64,000 bases of DNA from Sedimentisphaeraceae bacterium JB056 (lineage in GTDB: Bacteria; Planctomycetota; Phycisphaerae; Sedimentisphaerales; Sedimentisphaeraceae): contig JBITAJ010000018.1 in NCBI GenBank assembly GCA_044440125.1, positions 32,001 to 96,000 on the forward strand. Direction: 5' to 3'. How positions within the stretch are numbered: position 1 is the stretch's first letter; every line of letters begins with the position of its first letter. Made by a program: the position numbers and the translations under genes. The notes below the pieces were generated by a model. That model worked only from the letters and a program-made list of their open reading frames with translations. It did not search any database and was not told the origin of the DNA. Shown here piece after piece: positions 34,496 to 45,206 of this stretch.

Positions 34496-37186
34496 ATGTG
34501 GTTTTTAAACAGAAAATGGTTCTTGTGGGTTTGTTTGGTTGTTGTTTTACCGGGGTTTGTTCCGCTTTTAGCGGTAACTCATCCTGATGCAACGCAGGTG
34601 AGCTTGATTGATCTTGAGTTTGATTCACCTGCCTACAGGTATTACACCGGCGGCTATTACTATATCAATGAGGATGGTTATGATCATTGGGCAGTAAATC
34701 AGGATGTTGGTAATGTGCCGGATATTACAAGTTCATACTATTATTCCGGTAGCAAGGGAATGATCTGTTCGGTTGGTTCAGCCAGTTCCGGAGAGTGTGC
34801 AAGATCAGAACTTCTTCTTTTGCGTCAGCAAACGTTGGATACAACAATGTATTGCTCCTTTGCCAATTATCAGCCTGTTAATTCTCCCGAAACTCCAAAT
34901 CACAGCATTTTTTGGCAATGCTGGCAATGGTCTGGCGGTTCACCTCCGTTGGCGCTTAACATGGAGCCGGATGGACAACATTTTATATTTCAACGGAATG
35001 TAGATGATACAGAGTCCACAACAGCTCTTTATCGAGCTATGATACCGGAGATGGGCAGTTGGCACAGATATTTTGTTGAATATACTCTTGGGACTGATTA
35101 TGACGGGAATGTTAAGTTTTACATTGATGGGATAAAGAAAATGGAGTTTGAAGGTACAACCGCAAGAAGCGGCACTGGTATCCCCACTGATTCATTCCAG
35201 ACTAAATGTGGAATCTATCGATACAGCGATCCGTCAAGTTATACCAGTTACTTTGACAGTGTAAGAATCGGTACTGCCAGAAGCCAGGTGTGGTATGGTA
35301 CAGAGACCGAGGAAACACAACCCGAATCATCAATCATAGGGCATTGGGGATTTGATGAACCTGGTGACTGTAATGTTGCTATTGATAGTTCTGAAGGGTG
35401 CAGCTATGTTGGCGAGATTAGAAACGGCGGGGCAAGAGCTGCTGGCTATATTGGCGGTGCGGTATCACTTGACGGCGTGGATGATTATGTTTCAATTCCC
35501 GACAGTATCTTATGGGATACAGGTGATCAGATAACGGTGTCATGCAGATTTAAGACAGACACCAATCAGTCAGTCAAGGGACTGGTTATGCATGACTATG
35601 ACAATTATAAGTATATGCTTTATATGACGGGTAATGCAGGAGATTTGATTTTCTATGTAAGAACTTCAAGTGGTGTTGTTACCGCATCTATTAACAACTC
35701 TGATGGTTACTATGCAGATAGTGCATGGCACCATGTTACAGGTGTTTATGATAAAAATTCTTCTGATGGGAATCGTGTTAAATTGTATGTTGATGGTTCT
35801 CTTGTCGGTTATGCTGCCGGTTATAATGAAAGTATTCTTGCTGGAGATGAAGGTATAAAAATTGGCCGATATCTGTCAAATTACTTTGATGGACAAATTG
35901 ATGATGTAAGAATATATAATTATGCTTTGGGTTTGGATCAGGTTACAGATATTTATTCTGATACGCTTCTTGCTCACTGGAAATTTGATGATGACAGCTA
36001 TGGTTTTGACGGTGATTGTTCAGGTAATGCAACATCATTTATGGCTTTTAATGATTCTGCCACAGTTTCCGGTTATGAGGGTAGTGCCGCTGATTTTGAT
36101 GGTAATGATGATTATCTTGAGGTCTTTGACAGTCGTTTATGGGATACGGGGAGTGAACTTACCGTATCATGTCGATTTAAGACAAATGTTAACCAGTCAG
36201 GTAAAGGGCTTGTAATGCACGATGCGAGTAATTACAAATATCTGCTTTACCTTAATGGTAACTCAGGCGACTTGATCTTCTATACAAGAACATCCAGTGG
36301 TGTAACAACTGCGTCAGTAAACAATGCAGATGGCTATTATGCAGATGGCAACTGGCATCAGGCTGTGGGTGTTTATGATAGATATGCATCAGATGGCTAC
36401 CGGGTAAAATTGTATATTGATGGTTCTCTTGTCGGTTATACAGCCGGCTACAATGAGGATTTGCTTGAAGGTGATCAGGGAATTTATATAGGGCGGTATT
36501 CTGCTAATTATTTTGATGGTGCAATCGATGATGTTTCTATATATTGCAGTGCATTCAGTTCGCAGGAAATTGGATATATGTATGATGGGCCTGTATGTGA
36601 TTATGATTTTGATGAAAATAGTTCGGATGTGATCTGGGATAGCTCGTTTATGAATAATTATGATGGTATTATGCAAAATGGTTTAGGATGGGCTTCCGGC
36701 TATACAGGCACAGCCGCTGATTTTGATGGAAGCGATGACTATATCAAGATTGCTGACAGTGATATCTGGGACACCGGTGATGAGATAGCCGTGTCATGCA
36801 GATTCAAGACAAGTGTTAACCAGTCCGGCAAAGGGCTTGTAATGCATGATGCAAGCAATTATAAGTATCTGTTGTATCTTACCGGTGATTCCGGCGGGCT
36901 TATTTTTTACGTGAGAACGGCAAGCGGAGTTGTTTCTGCTTCAAAGAGCCAAAGTGCTGGTTATTATGCTGATGGACAGTGGCATCAGGCAGTAGGTGTT
37001 TACGACAGAAATGCTTCAGATGGTAACCGCGTTAAGCTGTATTTTGATGACACACTTGTCGGTTCTGCATCTGGTTATGATGAGGCTTTACTTGCCGGTG
37101 ATGAAGGCATATATATAGGTAGATACTCATCTAATTATTTTGATGGCCTTATTGATGATGTGTTAATTTACAATAGTGCAAGATAG
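34496..37186 (+). CDS. Secreted polysaccharide-lyase-like jelly-roll domain + three LamG repeats
   Basis: Signal peptide; RSEL, FWQCWQ, PPLAL, W.R, G.VK..IDG and K.GIYR motifs. Three near-identical WDTG..VSCRFKT..KGLVMHD..NYKY repeats. Confidence 0.75.
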   Translation: MWFLNRKWFLWVCLVVVLPGFVPLLAVTHPDATQVSLIDLEFDSPAYRYYTGGYYYINEDGYDHWAVNQDVGNVPDITSSYYYSGSKGMICSVGSASSGECARSELLLLRQQTLDTTMYCSFANYQPVNSPETPNHSIFWQCWQWSGGSPPLALNMEPDGQHFIFQRNVDDTESTTALYRAMIPEMGSWHRYFVEYTLGTDYDGNVKFYIDGIKKMEFEGTTARSGTGIPTDSFQTKCGIYRYSDPSSYTSYFDSVRIGTARSQVWYGTETEETQPESSIIGHWGFDEPGDCNVAIDSSEGCSYVGEIRNGGARAAGYIGGAVSLDGVDDYVSIPDSILWDTGDQITVSCRFKTDTNQSVKGLVMHDYDNYKYMLYMTGNAGDLIFYVRTSSGVVTASINNSDGYYADSAWHHVTGVYDKNSSDGNRVKLYVDGSLVGYAAGYNESILAGDEGIKIGRYLSNYFDGQIDDVRIYNYALGLDQVTDIYSDTLLAHWKFDDDSYGFDGDCSGNATSFMAFNDSATVSGYEGSAADFDGNDDYLEVFDSRLWDTGSELTVSCRFKTNVNQSGKGLVMHDASNYKYLLYLNGNSGDLIFYTRTSSGVTTASVNNADGYYADGNWHQAVGVYDRYASDGYRVKLYIDGSLVGYTAGYNEDLLEGDQGIYIGRYSANYFDGAIDDVSIYCSAFSSQEIGYMYDGPVCDYDFDENSSDVIWDSSFMNNYDGIMQNGLGWASGYTGTAADFDGSDDYIKIADSDIWDTGDEIAVSCRFKTSVNQSGKGLVMHDASNYKYLLYLTGDSGGLIFYVRTASGVVSASKSQSAGYYADGQWHQAVGVYDRNASDGNRVKLYFDDTLVGSASGYDEALLAGDEGIYIGRYSSNYFDGLIDDVLIYNSAR

Positions 37187-37206
37187 TCTGTTCAAAAACA
37201 CGAGAA

Positions 37207-37240
37207 ATTCAGGTCGTAATTGCGAAATTGCGACCTGAAT
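37207..37240. terminator. Hairpin between convergent genes (likely bidirectional terminator)
   Basis: ATTCAGGTCGTAATT-GCGA-AATTGCGACCTGAAT. Confidence 0.7.
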
Positions 37241-37269
37241 AGTGTTTAGTGAATCAGATGTTTTATGTT

Positions 37270-38700
37270 CTAATATGGCGTAGCAAGTAAACTTTTCAAA
37301 TTTGAGCATATATCAGGATGCTGTGAAGCTATGTCGTTTAGCTCAGAAATATCTTTTGATATATCATACAGTTCTATGGATGCCTGCTCTGCAATCTTGA
37401 CTGCTTTCCAGTTATTCATTCTTACAGCTCTTTTGTCTTTGTATTGCCAATAAAGATATTTATGCTGTTTCTGTTCTTCTGGTTGCCCAAGCAATGTTGG
37501 CAGCATTGATATACCGTCAGTTGGTGATTCAATAGGCTGTCCTGTAATATCTGCTACTGTGGGTAGGAAGTCCCAGAATGCTGATATATGGTCTGATTGG
37601 GTGCCGCTTTCGATTTTACCTGGCCAGTATGCTATAAATGGAATTCGTATGCCTCCTTCGTAAAGGTCTCTTTTCATGCCCCGAAGAGAACCGTTGCTGT
37701 TGAAAAATTCGGGATAGGAGCCGCCTTCGGTATGCGGGCCGTTGTCGCTGGCAAATATTACAAGTGTGTTTTCTTCAATATTTTTTTCTTTAAGCAATTC
37801 GATTATCCTGCCTACATCAGAGTCGAGTTTTGATATCATTGCTGCATAACTTTTCTGGGCATTGGGCCATGGTTTGTCTGAATACATGCCGTTATCTGGC
37901 ACCTCCATACCGTGTTCAATGCCAATTTTATCAAACTCATTATTTGCGTGAGGGATTGTGTAGGGAAGATACAGGAAGAACGGTTCATTACTGTTTTCAA
38001 TGAATTCTATGGCCTTTTCTGTAAAAAGGTCATGGCTGTACTCTTTTTTATTAGTTGAGATTCCGCCAAATTTACTTGTAATATGTCCATATTCCAGTGC
38101 TCCGGGGTCATTCTGATCATACTGACTTATATCAGGTCGTTCAACAATATTTTCAAGGTGATCTTTTTTCTGGTTTTCCCATAGATACTCAGGGTAGTAG
38201 TTGTGAGCCTGTACCTGATTCAGGTAGCCGTAGAAATAATCGAATCCCTGTTTATTAGGTATTCCCGGACTTCCAGCTTCACCAAGCCCCCATTTGCCGA
38301 TTGCTGCTGTTCTGTATCCTGCTTTTTTACAGATTTCTGCAACAGTGACGTCTGTGTCAAAGAGGGTTGAGTCTGCTTCATTACCTTTTATTCTGCAATG
38401 TCCGGTATGGAGACCGGTCATAAGAGTACATCTTGATGGGGCACAGACTGTACTGCCGGCATAATGCTGAGTGAATTTCATGCCTTCAGCCGCCATTTTG
38501 TCAATATTTGGAGTTTTGATTTGTTTTTGACCATAGCAACCCAAATCGCCGTATCCAAGATCATCTGCAAGAATGTATATGATGTTGGGGTTTTTGGGGG
38601 CGGTATTTACTTTTTTACTGGTCGAATAGCATCCGCTTATGCTTGCTCCTGCAGTTATCATTAATGAATGGCTTAAGAATTGTCTTCTTGTCAGACTCAT
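37270..38700 (-). CDS. Arylsulfatase-family (S1) sulfatase, Tat lipoprotein
   Basis: TRRQFL..ISGC signal; ADDLGYGD, CAPSRCTLMTG, GKWGLG, SDNG and GMKRDLYEGGIR motifs. Confidence 0.95.
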   Translation of the reverse strand: MSLTRRQFLSHSLMITAGASISGCYSTSKKVNTAPKNPNIIYILADDLGYGDLGCYGQKQIKTPNIDKMAAEGMKFTQHYAGSTVCAPSRCTLMTGLHTGHCRIKGNEADSTLFDTDVTVAEICKKAGYRTAAIGKWGLGEAGSPGIPNKQGFDYFYGYLNQVQAHNYYPEYLWENQKKDHLENIVERPDISQYDQNDPGALEYGHITSKFGGISTNKKEYSHDLFTEKAIEFIENSNEPFFLYLPYTIPHANNEFDKIGIEHGMEVPDNGMYSDKPWPNAQKSYAAMISKLDSDVGRIIELLKEKNIEENTLVIFASDNGPHTEGGSYPEFFNSNGSLRGMKRDLYEGGIRIPFIAYWPGKIESGTQSDHISAFWDFLPTVADITGQPIESPTDGISMLPTLLGQPEEQKQHKYLYWQYKDKRAVRMNNWKAVKIAEQASIELYDISKDISELNDIASQHPDICSNLKSLLATPY

Positions 38701-38739
38701 ACTTGTTGTCCTTAAAATTAGCAAAAATAGTATTAAGTT

Positions 38740-38780
38740 ATGTTTGACATTGTATTTTGTGATAACACAATGTCAAACAT
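38740..38780. other. Perfect 14-bp inverted repeat between the SSS gene and the sulfatase
   Basis: ATGTTTGACATTGT-N13-ACAATGTCAAACAT. Confidence 0.6.
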
Positions 38781-38818
38781 TTCTAAATATATATTAAGAT
38801 TGTATGTGTTTAAGACGT

Positions 38819-40339
38819 TTATGCCTTTTCATTCCAGACTGTCAGTCCTTCAATCTGTTTTTCATTCTTGAATATAAAGCTCAACAGATATGCTATAAAG
38901 AAGAATGCCGCGTTAACCAGTGTCATTATCCAGTATGCATGTACCCTCATCTGCCAGTTTTCAGGCAACGCATTTATTGTATTAAGTCCAAGATACAGAT
39001 TGAATATTGTAGTTATTACAAGAGCAATGATTGATGCTTTATTGCTGATTCTTTTTGTGAAGAAGCCGGCTATGTAGAGTCCGATTTTACTTCCGGAGAA
39101 AATGCCGCCGGCAATCATCCCCATGTCCATCATGCTTTCTTTGGGCAGACGTTCGAATACTATTGCCCCAATTATCATTATTACGGAAGTTATCAATGCT
39201 ATTGACTGAGCAAATATCAGATACTGTTTTTCTGTGTATTTCTTAACCGAAAATCTTTGAAGTATATCAACTATTGATATTGTTGATACGGCGTTGATAC
39301 TTGAATCAAGCGAAGACATTCCAGCTGCCAGTACACCGGCAATCACTAATCCGGCAAAGAATTGCGGAAGTTGTGTGAGGATGAATATTGGGAACACCTG
39401 ATCTGGTTCAAGTTGGGCGATTTGTGCATCAGGAAACACTTTGTAGAATGCAAACATTGCCGTGCCGATGAAGAAGAAGAATGCCCATGTCGGTACGCTT
39501 GCAATGGCGCATATTGCGGTTGCTTTTCTTGCCTCTTTCATTGATTTTGCCGCTATATAACGCTGTACAACATTTTGGTCGCTGGCATACATGCCTATCC
39601 AGTTGACAATACCGGCAAGAACCATTGTGTAGAATGTTCTTTCTCCCATATCCCATTTGAATTCGCCGATTCCGAATTTATGGTCTTCGATGGCTATATC
39701 CATAATTTGTCCAAGACCGTGCGGCATCTTGATTATCATTATGGCAAGACACAATAGTCCGCCAACCCATAGTGTAATCGTTTGAATCACATCAGTCCAT
39801 ATGACTGCGTCAATACCTCCGGCAACTGTGTAAAAGGATACAAATATACCTGTAATAATGATTGCCCAAAGTATATCTATACCTGTCAAAAGGTTGATAG
39901 GGATTGCCATCAAATATAGGACTGTTGCTATGCGTATTAATTGGGTTATAATGAATCCTACAGCCCCATAAAGGCGAACTATAGGGCCAAATCTATCCTC
40001 AAGATATTCAAACGCCGATGCTGTTTTGCCGTGTCTGAAAAATGGGATAAAGATTACAATAGCTATTATTGAGACTACAGGAAGTGTTAGGTTGGGTACA
40101 ACCATCCGCCAGTCAAGTACGAATGCTGCTGCAGGGAATGCCAGAAAAGTAACAGAGCTTACAGAGGTTCCAACCATAGAAAGGCCGAGTGCCCAGCCCG
40201 GAAAATTACGGCCGCCAAGAAAGTAGTCATCGGTTGTAGTGTTTTTACGGGAAAAATAAACTCCCATACACGCCATTAAGCCGAGGTATATCAGCAGGGC
40301 GACAATGTCGCTTAATCGCATTAAATTTTCTTCAAACAT
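38819..40339 (-). CDS. Sodium:solute symporter (SiaT-like clade by general resemblance)
   Basis: DYFLGGR..PGWALGLS..GTS.SSVTFL, YLE.RF, GGI.AVIWTDVIQ, DQNVVQRY and AAGMSSLDSSIN motifs. Confidence 0.93.
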   Translation of the reverse strand: MFEENLMRLSDIVALLIYLGLMACMGVYFSRKNTTTDDYFLGGRNFPGWALGLSMVGTSVSSVTFLAFPAAAFVLDWRMVVPNLTLPVVSIIAIVIFIPFFRHGKTASAFEYLEDRFGPIVRLYGAVGFIITQLIRIATVLYLMAIPINLLTGIDILWAIIITGIFVSFYTVAGGIDAVIWTDVIQTITLWVGGLLCLAIMIIKMPHGLGQIMDIAIEDHKFGIGEFKWDMGERTFYTMVLAGIVNWIGMYASDQNVVQRYIAAKSMKEARKATAICAIASVPTWAFFFFIGTAMFAFYKVFPDAQIAQLEPDQVFPIFILTQLPQFFAGLVIAGVLAAGMSSLDSSINAVSTISIVDILQRFSVKKYTEKQYLIFAQSIALITSVIMIIGAIVFERLPKESMMDMGMIAGGIFSGSKIGLYIAGFFTKRISNKASIIALVITTIFNLYLGLNTINALPENWQMRVHAYWIMTLVNAAFFFIAYLLSFIFKNEKQIEGLTVWNEKA

Positions 40340-40356
40340 AATAAGATCTTGTCCGT

Positions 40357-41538
40357 TTATTTAAGTAAGTCAATAGATATTTTACTGATTCCAATTTGTT
40401 CTTTGCCGATTGAGTATGTTACCCAGAGAGTATCATCAACTACGATTGCGTTTGGATATTGAAATCCTGGTCCTTTGTGATCGCCTGGATTCTTTTCCAT
40501 GCATTGCGGTGCTCCGCATCTGATAGTATAGGCTTTGGTGAAATTGATTCCGTCTTCTGAGATGGAAAGTATGAGAGGGTCTCTAAGCCAAAGCCTGTCG
40601 ATGTTGTTGCCTATTAAAAATGCTCTTCCGTCAGGGAGGTTTCCGGCAACACATTTTGACGGGCTGTCAGGAATATTGGTTTTATATGCCATTGACCAAT
40701 TGCCTTTGGATTCGTTACGTAGTGCCGCGTAAAGTCTCATGCTGCGGCTGTCATCACGATAAAGGCCGACTTCTTTGCCGTCAGGGCGGAAAAAATATGT
40801 TGGTTCACAAAACTTTGTGCCTTTATCACTGCTTTCAGGAAAGCTGTAGAGCTTTTTGTGCTCATTTCTCATTTCTTTGAGTTTTGTGATGTCGTTTAAT
40901 ATTTTTTTGTTTTTTGCCATTGTGTACGGGAGAATGCCGTCTTTTTCATGGCCGGGCGGTATGCTTTCAGAGAGCCAGTATGTATCTTTTCCGGGTATTC
41001 CTTCTGGCGATATGTAACGTATTAGCCTTGGTAAATCATGATGTACAGGCGTTATCGCTCCACTTTCTCTTTTAACCCATTCGGTAACTTCTTTTACTGT
41101 TGCTGTTGTATAAAGTCGGCCGTTAACTTCCTTGAATATCGGATAAATTCCGACTCCCGGTTGATTTTTGGGCGCCATTTTACCAATTGAATCAATTAGA
41201 ACCTGTGTTTTTGACCAGTGTTTCATGTCCTCAGAGAATGCGAATAAGGCCCTTGTTCCCGGTCCACCTTCATACTTATCGTGAGAAAACCATGTTACGA
41301 AAAGTTTGTTATTATAATAGTGTACTATCGGCCCATGGTTGAACATTCCAAGCTCTCTTGAGCCTGTGAATATTGTGAAATGTTCAACTCCTGATAGGAT
41401 TTCAAGTCCGGCATCTGTTTTCTCAGGATCAGGCCATGTTGTATCCCATTTTACACACGCTTTGTATACTTCTTCACTGAATGATATTCCCGCAAACAAC
41501 AATGTTGCTAACAATGCAGGTATGATTGCTTTTTTCAT
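40357..41538 (-). CDS. Secreted sialidase-like (BNR) beta-propeller, paralog A
   Basis: Signal peptide; FNHGP, FCEPT, YRD, IPDSPSK, RDPL..S.DG..F and GFQYP motifs. Confidence 0.75.
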   Translation of the reverse strand: MKKAIIPALLATLLFAGISFSEEVYKACVKWDTTWPDPEKTDAGLEILSGVEHFTIFTGSRELGMFNHGPIVHYYNNKLFVTWFSHDKYEGGPGTRALFAFSEDMKHWSKTQVLIDSIGKMAPKNQPGVGIYPIFKEVNGRLYTTATVKEVTEWVKRESGAITPVHHDLPRLIRYISPEGIPGKDTYWLSESIPPGHEKDGILPYTMAKNKKILNDITKLKEMRNEHKKLYSFPESSDKGTKFCEPTYFFRPDGKEVGLYRDDSRSMRLYAALRNESKGNWSMAYKTNIPDSPSKCVAGNLPDGRAFLIGNNIDRLWLRDPLILSISEDGINFTKAYTIRCGAPQCMEKNPGDHKGPGFQYPNAIVVDDTLWVTYSIGKEQIGISKISIDLLK

Positions 41539-41571
41539 AGTAAACCTCTATTTTTTTCAGTTTAACAAGTA

Positions 41572-42780
41572 CTATTTGAGTGATTCAAGCGGAATTCTGC
41601 TGACGCCGATTTGTTCTTTGCTGATTGCGTAAGAAACCCATAAGCTATCGCCGATCACTATGGCATCGGGATACTGGAATCCGGGGCCTTTATGGTCACC
41701 AGGGTTCTTTTCCCTGCAATTTGATGCTCCGCAACGGATAACGTATGACTTGTCGAAATGTACTCCATCGGTTGATAGTGATATCATTATAGGATCTCTG
41801 AGCCATAATTTGTCAATGTTGTTGCCTATAATGTAAATTCTGCCGTCAGGCAATGAGCCGGCAACACATTTTGATGGGCTGTCGGGTATATTGGTTTTGT
41901 ATGCTTTGCTCCATTGTGCTCCCGGCTTATCTCTCAGTGCGGCATAGAGTCTTAAACTTCTCTTTATGTCTCGATAAATACCGACTTCCTTGCCGTCTGG
42001 TCTTGTGAAGTAAGTTGGTTCACAAAAACCGGCATCATCGTCTGTTTTTGCGAAGAAATACTTACTTTTTTTCTCGTCTACTTTCTTTTTGAGGGCAGTC
42101 AAGTCTTTAAGAAGCTCTTCGTTGCATGCCATGTTGTAAGGCTTTATGAAATCGTAATCTTCAGGTGAGTTTTCTGAAAGCCAGTAGAGCTCTTCTTTTT
42201 CAGGGTTTTCTATATTCACGAGCTTAGCTATTTTAGGTAAGTCTCTATATACCGGTGTTTTATTGTTGCCGTCTTCTTTCCAGTCTATCATTCTTTTTAC
42301 AGTGGCGAGAGCATAAAGTTTGCCGTTTATTTCTTCAAATGTAGGCCAAAGTCCTGTACCTATATTGCCAGGGCCTGTCATTTCACCTATTGAATCTATC
42401 AATACTTGTGGTTTTGACCATTTAATAGGCTGGTGTTGTTTAAGCCCAGAGTTGTCGAGTCTGATCTTTTCTTCGCTATATGAAAAAAGTGCTCTTGTGC
42501 CAGGTGAATCTTCGTAATTGCGATGTGAAAACCAGGTTGCGTAAAGCCTATCATTGTAAAAAGCGAGCATTGGACCATGGTTGAACATGCCTAATTTTTC
42601 ATTTCCTGTAAAAAGTGTGTAATGTTTTACACCGGATAGTACTTCAAGACCGACATCGGCTTTTGATGCATCAGGCCAAGGTGCTGTCCATTTTATACAT
42701 GCTTTGTATGTGTCTTCTGAGTAAGCATTTATGCTTATGACTAAAGTTAGTGCAGTTAGAAGTGATAGTTTGCTGGTCAT
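41572..42780 (-). CDS. Secreted sialidase-like (BNR) beta-propeller, paralog B
   Basis: Same motifs as 40357; long shared blocks such as AYKTNIPDSPSKCVAG and EKNPGDHKGPGFQYP. Confidence 0.75.
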   Translation of the reverse strand: MTSKLSLLTALTLVISINAYSEDTYKACIKWTAPWPDASKADVGLEVLSGVKHYTLFTGNEKLGMFNHGPMLAFYNDRLYATWFSHRNYEDSPGTRALFSYSEEKIRLDNSGLKQHQPIKWSKPQVLIDSIGEMTGPGNIGTGLWPTFEEINGKLYALATVKRMIDWKEDGNNKTPVYRDLPKIAKLVNIENPEKEELYWLSENSPEDYDFIKPYNMACNEELLKDLTALKKKVDEKKSKYFFAKTDDDAGFCEPTYFTRPDGKEVGIYRDIKRSLRLYAALRDKPGAQWSKAYKTNIPDSPSKCVAGSLPDGRIYIIGNNIDKLWLRDPIMISLSTDGVHFDKSYVIRCGASNCREKNPGDHKGPGFQYPDAIVIGDSLWVSYAISKEQIGVSRIPLESLK

Positions 42781-42865
42781 TGTTTACCTCTCTTAAAGAT
42801 ACTGTTTAATGTTAACAACTTTATATGTTTATTCTATAAATTAATCTGTTGAAATCAAATATATT

Positions 42866-42926
42866 TTGTAAAAAGACTGAAAAAACGAGATAATTTTCTT
42901 GAAATAATTTTTCAGTCTTTTTACAA
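42866..42926. promoter_or_regulatory. Perfect 19-bp inverted repeat in the divergent promoter
   Basis: TTGTAAAAAGACTGAAAAA (42866-42884), 23-bp spacer, TTTTTCAGTCTTTTTACAA (42908-42926). Confidence 0.6.
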
Positions 42927-42981
42927 TACCAATATAGCGTGTTCTATTTTTTTTATTACTCATTTTATAAAGGAGAGCAAT

Positions 42982-44346
42982 ATGTATAGATCAAGGTTGT
43001 TAATTCTAACAACGGCAATTCTGGTTTTAGGTATGCATGCCTATGCTTCACTGGATGATGTAATGCTTGGTTATCATCCTCTTACTGACAAGTCACCCTT
43101 AGCCATTCGTGACACTAATGCGTTTGATTTTATTACTCAGGCAAGCTGGACCATCGATGATAATATTGATGCTGTCTTATGGCTTGAGACAGGGATGATG
43201 CTTTCAGGTTCTGCTGAAGGTAATCTAAGGCTTTATGATCCTTCCTTAGCTCAGCTTGATGTGGTCTCAGGGCTGGGAACCATTACAGATCTTGGTGCAA
43301 TGCATAATGGCAACGTAGCTGTTTGTACAAGCGAAGGTTATTTGTATGTATATTCAGTCGTTGATAATGCACTTAGTCAGGTGAGTTTCAGAGATGTAAG
43401 CCCGCTTTCATTTATATCATTGGGCGTACAAAGTACAGACCATATCGTAGTTGCATGTTACAACGGAAACACGCAGCACCTGAAAAGGGTTACAAGCTCA
43501 CTCGGAAATGCCGGCGGAGCAGTAATTCCAAATACGGATGCTAACTCTGTTGATTTAGTTGTATTAAGTGACGACAGGGTGGGGATAGCTCTTGATGATC
43601 AGCAAGTAAGACTTATAAGCCCTGATATGAGTACAAGATTGGCTTACTATAAAGATGGCAATACCCCTGGTAACGGCTATTATATATTTGATGTTGATGT
43701 TTTGAGTGACGATACTCTTGTTTTAGCATATAGAAGGTTGTCTGATGGTACAACTGCTATTAGGCTCAGGGGTGGAGAAACTCTTGGTACTCATGTTGGC
43801 TATAGAGGTTTTCCCGGATATGGTGACTGTGTAGCAGTAACATCTGATGACGAAGTTGTCTATGCCGGAACTGGTGGTGTATTGAGATTGCTGGCTACGC
43901 CTGATTTAGGCAATTTAGCATATAAAACAGCTAATGCAAATGGTTTGGAGTTTGGTGATATCTATGTTCAGGGTGCACCTCCTGTAACTATTACTGCTCC
44001 ATTAGACAGAGTTGTGGCTGGCGCCGCAATAGACATACTCTGGGACGCCAACAGCTCAGCTGGCAGTAATGTAAAGATTGAATTTTCAAGAGATAACGGT
44101 AATACCTGGAGTATTGTTGCAGATTCAACTGTAAACGATGGCAGCTACCAGTGGATTGTACCGGATATCATTTCTACAGAGTGCTTGATTAGAATTACAG
44201 AAGACACTTATTATAATTTTAATGTTAATGATCAGCCCTTTGAAATATTCGAGTGTGCGGTACCTGATCTTAATGGTGACTGTATTTCAAACATACCGGA
44301 TATTCAGTTGATGGCTTCAGATTGGCTCAGCAACATTGACAACTGA
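42982..44346 (+). CDS. Secreted repeat (probable beta-propeller) protein + Ig-like domain + half-dockerin tail
   Basis: Signal peptide; recurring V..SDD.VV units; I.W..VKIEFSRDNG.TW..I..NDGSY.W.VP; tail DLNGDCISNIPDIQLMASDWL. Confidence 0.65.
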   Translation: MYRSRLLILTTAILVLGMHAYASLDDVMLGYHPLTDKSPLAIRDTNAFDFITQASWTIDDNIDAVLWLETGMMLSGSAEGNLRLYDPSLAQLDVVSGLGTITDLGAMHNGNVAVCTSEGYLYVYSVVDNALSQVSFRDVSPLSFISLGVQSTDHIVVACYNGNTQHLKRVTSSLGNAGGAVIPNTDANSVDLVVLSDDRVGIALDDQQVRLISPDMSTRLAYYKDGNTPGNGYYIFDVDVLSDDTLVLAYRRLSDGTTAIRLRGGETLGTHVGYRGFPGYGDCVAVTSDDEVVYAGTGGVLRLLATPDLGNLAYKTANANGLEFGDIYVQGAPPVTITAPLDRVVAGAAIDILWDANSSAGSNVKIEFSRDNGNTWSIVADSTVNDGSYQWIVPDIISTECLIRITEDTYYNFNVNDQPFEIFECAVPDLNGDCISNIPDIQLMASDWLSNIDN

Positions 44347-44377
44347 TATATAGCGTACGAACTTAACGAGGTTTAAA

Positions 44378-45172
44378 ATGAAAAAGAAAAACGGCTTCAC
44401 ATTAATCGAACTTCTTGTTGTTATATCAATAATCGCTGTGTTAATGGCAATTATGATGCCTGCACTATCAAAGGCACGTGAAGCGGGTAAGAGAGTTGTT
44501 TGCGGCAGCAGGCTCAAACAGCTTGAGATGGCTCATACGTTGTATGTGCAGGATAGAGGTGCTTTTATGTCTTACGATATCGATCAGATATTTATTACGA
44601 CATTGGCTCCTTATCTCTCTGATATGGATGAGATCAGGTTTTGCCCTGTTGCTAACAAGGTAAGGTATCAGTCTGACTGGCTTTGGAGCGGGAATACTGA
44701 TTTCATTCATGGAAGTACAAACAGTGCATGGAGATGGCAGGCCTCAGCAACTACCGCATCAAACAGAAAGCCTGAAGAGGGCAGTTTTGGTATGAATGTT
44801 TATCTCTTCAACACACAAGGCGGTGATGAGCGATATCCGGGTGGTTATAATCCTGCAACAATGATTTCTACACCGTTCCCTACTTCATGGTGGAAAAGAC
44901 CGGAGAATATCTCTAATCCTTACGAAGTGGGTGTTTTCGCTGATTGTGTATATGTGGCCTTTGCTCCACAGAACAACAACCCGATTCCTTCAGAGGTTGA
45001 GGTTGGTGAGAATAACAATGGTATTGGCCGTTTATGCATGGACAGGCATAATATGAAGGTTAATATTGTATTTGCTGATGGCCATTGCGAACCTGTGAAG
45101 CTTAGCGATCTTTGGTCGCTTCAATGGAGCCGTACATGGGAGAAAAAGTACGATGTTGAAATCGGTAGATAA
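44378..45172 (+). CDS. Prepilin-type N-terminal cleavage/methylation protein with H-X9-DG motif
   Basis: [52 protein letters not shown]. Confidence 0.94.
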   Translation: MKKKNGFTLIELLVVISIIAVLMAIMMPALSKAREAGKRVVCGSRLKQLEMAHTLYVQDRGAFMSYDIDQIFITTLAPYLSDMDEIRFCPVANKVRYQSDWLWSGNTDFIHGSTNSAWRWQASATTASNRKPEEGSFGMNVYLFNTQGGDERYPGGYNPATMISTPFPTSWWKRPENISNPYEVGVFADCVYVAFAPQNNNPIPSEVEVGENNNGIGRLCMDRHNMKVNIVFADGHCEPVKLSDLWSLQWSRTWEKKYDVEIGR

Positions 45173-45206
45173 TTTGAATCAAACTTTTATGAAAAGGATA
45201 ATTAAT

